64,000 bases of DNA. Origin: Eledone cirrhosa. Lineage: Eukaryota. The position numbers were made by a program, and so were the translations under genes. Below the pieces are notes generated by a model that was given only the letters and a program-made list of their open reading frames with translations, made no database searches and was not told the origin of the DNA. Of this stretch, positions 60,201-64,000 are shown one piece after another. The stretch lies in assembly GCA_964016885.1 (NCBI GenBank), contig OZ024756.1, positions 1,736,001 to 1,800,000 on the forward strand. Direction: 5' to 3'. Each line of letters opens with the position of its first letter. Positions within the stretch are counted from its first letter, which is position 1.

Positions 60201-63200
60201 AGTGTGCAGTGTCAGCGATCTGGTCCTTTGTCTTGCTGTCTTCAGTTTATCTATGAAGTGTGCAGTGTCAGTGATCTGGTCCTCTGTCTTGCTGTCTTCA
60301 GTTCATCTATGAAGTGTGCAGTGTCAGTGATCTGGTCCTCAGTCTTGCTGTCTTCAGTACATCTATGAAGTGTGCAGTGTCAGTGATCTGGTCCTCTGTC
60401 TTGCTGTCTTCCGTTCATCTATGAAGTGTGCAGTGTCAGGGATCTGGTCCTCTGTCTTGCTGTCTTCAGTACATTTATGAAGTGTGCAGTGTCAGGGATC
60501 TGGTCCTCTGCCTTGCTGTCTTCAGTACATCTATGAAGTGTGCAGTGTCAGTGATCTGCTCCTCTGTCTTGCTGTCTTCAGTTCATCTATGAAGTGTGCA
60601 GTGTCAGTGATCTGGTCCTCCGTCTTGCTGTCTTCAGTACATCTATGAAGTGTGCAGTGTCAGTGATCTGGTCCTCTGTCTTGCTGTCTTCAGTTCATCT
60701 ATGAAGTGTGCAGTGTCAGTGATCTGGTCCTCTGTCTTGCTGTCTTCAGTTCATCTATGAAGTGTGCAGTGTCAGTGATCTGGTCCTTCGTCTTGCTGTT
60801 TCCAGTACATCTATGAAGTGTGCAGTGTCAGGGATCTGGTCCTCTGTCTTGCTGTCTTCAGTACATCTATGAAGTGTGCAGTGTCAGTGATCTGGTCCTC
60901 TGTCTTGCTGTCTTCAGTTCATCTGTGAAGTGTGCAGTGTCAGTGATCTGGTCCTCTGTCTTGCTGTTTTCAGTACATCTATGAAGTGTGCAGTGTCAGT
61001 GATCTGGTCCTCTGTCTTGCTATCTTCAGTTCATCTATGAAGTGTGCAGTGTCAGTGATCTGGTCCTCCGTCTTGCTGTTTTCAGTACATCTATGAAGTG
61101 TGCAGTGTCAGTGATCTGGTCCTCTGTCTTGCTGTCTTCAGTACATCTATGAAGTGTGCAGTGTCAGTGATCTGCTCCTCTGTCTTGCTGTCTTCAGTTC
61201 ATCTATGAAGTGTGCAGTGTCAGCGATCTGGTCCTTTGTCTTGCTGTCTTCAGTTTATCTATGAAGTGTGCAGTGTCAGTGATCTGGTCCTCTGTCTTGC
61301 TGTCTTCAGTTCATCTATGAAGTGTGCAGTGTCAGTGATCTGGTCCTCAGTCTTGCTGTCTTCAGTACATCTATGAAGTGTGCAGTGTCAGTGATCTGGT
61401 CCTCTGTCTTGCTGTCTTCCGTTCATCTATGAAGTGTGCAGTGTCAGGGATCTGGTCCTCTGTCTTGCTGTCTTCAGTACATTTATGAAGTGTGCAGTGT
61501 CAGGGATCTGGTCCTCTGCCTTGCTGTCTTCAGTACATCTATGAAGTGTGCAGTGTCAGTGATCTGCTCCTCTGTCTTGCTGTCTTCAGTTCATCTATGA
61601 AGTGTGCAGTGTCAGTGATCTGGTCCTCCGTCTTGCTGTCTTCAGTACATCTATGAAGTGTGCAGTGTCAGTGATCTGGTCCTCTGTCTGGCTGTCTTCA
61701 GTTCATCTATGAAGTGTGCAGTGTCAGTGATCTGGTCCTCTGTCTTGCTGTCTTCAGTACATCTATGAAGTGTGCAGTGTCAGTGATCTGGTCCTCTGTC
61801 TTGCTGTCTTCAGTTCATCTGTGAAGTGTGCAGTGTCAGTGATCTGGTCCTCTGTCTTGCTGTTTTCAGTACATCTATGAAGTGTGCAGTGTCAGTGATC
61901 TGGTCCTCTGTCTTGCTATCTTCAGTTCATCTATGAAGTGTGCAGTGTCAGTGATCTGGTCCTCCGTCTTGCTGTTTTCAGTACATCTATGAAGTGTGCA
62001 GTGTCAGTGATCTGGTCCTCTGTCTTGCTGTCTTCAGTACATCTATGAAGTGTGCAGTGTCAGTGATCTGGTCCTCTGTGTTGCTGTCTTCAGTACATTT
62101 ATGAAGTGTGCAGTGTCAGTGATCTGGTCATCTGTCTTGCTGTTTTCAGTTCATCTATGAAGTGTGCAGTGTCAGTGATCTGGTCCTCTGTCTTGCTGTC
62201 TTCAGTTCATCTATGAAGTGTGCAGTGTCAGTGATCTGGTCCTCTGTCTTGCTGTCTTCAGTTCATCTATGAAGTGTGCAGTGTCAGTGATCTGGTCCTC
62301 TGTCTTGCTGTTTTCAGTTCGTCCATGAAGTGTGCAGTGTCAGTGATCTGGTCCTCTGTCTTGCTGTCTTCAGTTCATCTGTGAAGTGTGCAGTGGCAGT
62401 GATCTGGTCCTCTGTCTTGCTGTCTTCAGTACATCTATGAAGTGTGCAGTGTCAGTGATCTGGTCCTCTGTCTGGCTGTCTTCAGTTCATCTATGAAGTG
62501 TGCAGTGTCAGTGATCTGGTCCTCCGTCTTGCTGTTTTCAGTACATCTATGAAGTGTGCAGTGTCAGGGATCTGGTCCTCTGTCTTGCTGTCTTCAGTTC
62601 ATCTATGAAGTGTGCAGTGTCAGTGATCTCGTCCTCTGTCTTGCTGTCTTCAGTACATCTATGAAGTGTGCAGTGTCAGTGATCTGGTCCTCTGTCTTGC
62701 TGTCTTCAGTACATCTATGAAGTGTGCAGTGTCAGTGATCTGGTCCTCTGTCTTGCTGTCTTCAGTACATCTATGAAGTGTGCAGTGTCAGGGATCTGGT
62801 CCGCTGTCTTGCTGTCTTCAGTTCATCTATGAAGTGTGCAGTGTCAGTGATCTCGTCCTCTGTCTTGCTGTCTTCAGTACATCTATGAATTGTGCAGTGT
62901 CAGTGATCTGGTCCTCTGTCTTGCTGTCTGCAGTTCATCTATGAAGTGTGCAGTGTCAGTGATCTGGTCCTCTGACTTGCTGTCTTCAGTACATCTATGA
63001 AGTGTGCAGTGTCAGTGATCTGGTCCTCTGTCTTGCTGTCTGCAGTTCATCTATGAAGTGTGCAGTGTCAGTGATCTGGTCGTCTGTCTTGCTGTCTTCA
63101 GTTCATCTATGAAGTGTGCAGTGTCACTGATCTCGTCCTCTGTCTTGCTGTCTTCAGTTCATCTATGAAGTGTTGCAGTGTCAGTGATCTGGTCCTCTGT

Positions 63201-64000
63201 CTTGCTGTCTTCAGTTCATCTATGAAGTGTGCAGTGTCAGTGATCTGTTCCTCTGTCTTGCTGTCTTCAGTACATCTATGAAGTGTGCAGTGTCAGTGAT
63301 CTGGTCCTCTGTCTTGCTGTCTTCAGTTCATCTATGAAGTGTGCAGTGTCAGTGATCTGGTCCTCTGTCTTGCTGTCTTCAGTACATCTATGAAGTGTGC
63401 AGTGTTAGTGATCTGGTCCTTTGTCTGGCTGTCTTCATTTCATCTATGAAGTGTGCAGTGTCAGTGATCTGGTCCTCCGTCTTGCTGTTTTCAGTACATC
63501 TATGAAGTGTGCAGTGTCAGGGATCTGGTCCTCTGTCTTGCTGTCTTCAGTTAATCTATGAAGTGTGCAGTGTCAGTGATCTGGTCCTCTGTCTTGCTGT
63601 CTTCAGTACATCTATGAAGTGTGCAGTGTCAGTGATCTGGTCCTCTGTCTTGCTGTCTTCAGTACATCTATGAAGTGTGCAGTGTCAGTGATCTTGTCCT
63701 CTGTCTTGCTGTCTTCAGTTCATCTATGAAGTGTGCAGTGTCAGTGATCTGGTCCTTCGTCTTGCTGTTTCCAGTACACCTATGAAGTGTGCAGTGTCAG
63801 GGATCTGGTCCTCTGTCTTGCTGTCTTCAGTACATCTATGAAGTGTGCAGTGTCAGTGATCTGGTCCTCTGTCTTGCTGTCTTCAGTTCATCTGTGAAGT
63901 GTGCAGTGTCAGTGATCTGGTCCTCTGTCTTGCTGTTTTCAGTACATCTATGAAGTGTGCAGTGTCAGTGATCTGGTCCTCTGTCTTGCTATCTTCAGTT
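57300..64000 (+). repeat. Right-end domain: ~4.1-kb-offset duplication (~57.3-60.0 kb and ~61.3-64.0 kb) overlapping an 18-mer tandem pair
   Basis: Shared private variants are gttcgtccatg ~58287/62320, ggtcgtct ~58933/63078, gtcactgatctcg, the 1-bp insertion gtgttgcag ~59029/63174 and gttaatct 59461/63550. The marker cagcgatc is at 60213/61221 (1008 bp = 18 monomers). Confidence 0.85.

Larger units (their letters stand above)
1..64000 (+). repeat. Tandem satellite DNA array, 56-bp monomer, ~1143 head-to-tail copies, truncated by both window edges
   Basis: The monomer GAAGTGTGCAGTGTCAGTGATCTGGTCCTCTGTCTTGCTGTCTTCAGTWCATCTAT starts at 1, 57, 113 and so on. The last start is at 63952, one base short of 1+1142x56, which matches the net -1 from seven 1-bp indels. 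Most copies differ from consensus by 0-3 substitutions. No non-repeat insert or inversion was seen. Confidence 0.99.

Noticed and set aside
1-64000. CRISPR array or other repeat-spacer/cassette system
   Set aside because: There are no unique spacers. The whole 56 bp is repeated, and no cas, recombinase or reverse transcriptase gene is present.
1-64000. Telomerase-type telomeric repeat, CENP-B box or G-quadruplex array
   Set aside because: There are no G-tracts or TTAGGG-like units and no CENP-B box (it needs TTCG...CGGG, and the consensus has no CpG). The inherited higher-order variant patterns indicate recombinational amplification rather than templated addition.
1-64000. Sequencing or assembly artefact (concatemer or collapsed repeat) as the origin of the whole array
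   Set aside because: Variants and even indels are shared in ordered, hierarchical blocks, with private differences between copies. Random read error or rolling-circle artefacts would not produce this. Individual junctions still need read validation.
1-64000. Long coding repeat on the minus strand
   Set aside because: The reverse-complement monomer has TAG, TGA and TGA in one frame (plus another TGA in T-type copies). Because 56 is not a multiple of 3, every reading frame meets them within three monomers, and the ORF track lists no minus-strand ORF.

Overview
The whole 64-kb window is one uninterrupted head-to-tail tandem satellite array. It is built from a 56-bp monomer, consensus GAAGTGTGCAGTGTCAGTGATCTGGTCCTCTGTCTTGCTGTCTTCAGT[A/T]CATCTAT (~46% GC, no CpG, T-rich + strand), with about 1143 copies (1142 full plus a partial last copy). 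All copies lie in one orientation and the array runs off both ends of the window. I found no unique sequence, gene, RNA gene, transposon or CRISPR spacer. The six listed ORFs are chance read-throughs of the repeat. The informative structure lies in the pattern of variant monomers: (i) an early subfamily rich in TAG variants at ~0.5-6.7 kb, with an outlier at ~28.4-29 kb; (ii) a ~50-monomer composite unit at ~7-10 kb whose order reappears at ~55-59 kb; (iii) a ~25-mer (1400-bp) higher-order repeat domain at ~10.6-24 kb; (iv) a second 18-20-mer higher-order domain with larger super-units at ~25-55 kb; and (v) several multi-kb duplications whose offsets are whole multiples of 56 bp. I saw only seven 1-bp indels. 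This looks like eukaryotic satellite DNA (centromeric, pericentromeric or subtelomeric is inference only). I cannot assign the species or family, and I see no evidence for a new protein-coding system. All counts and offsets were read by eye and should be confirmed computationally.
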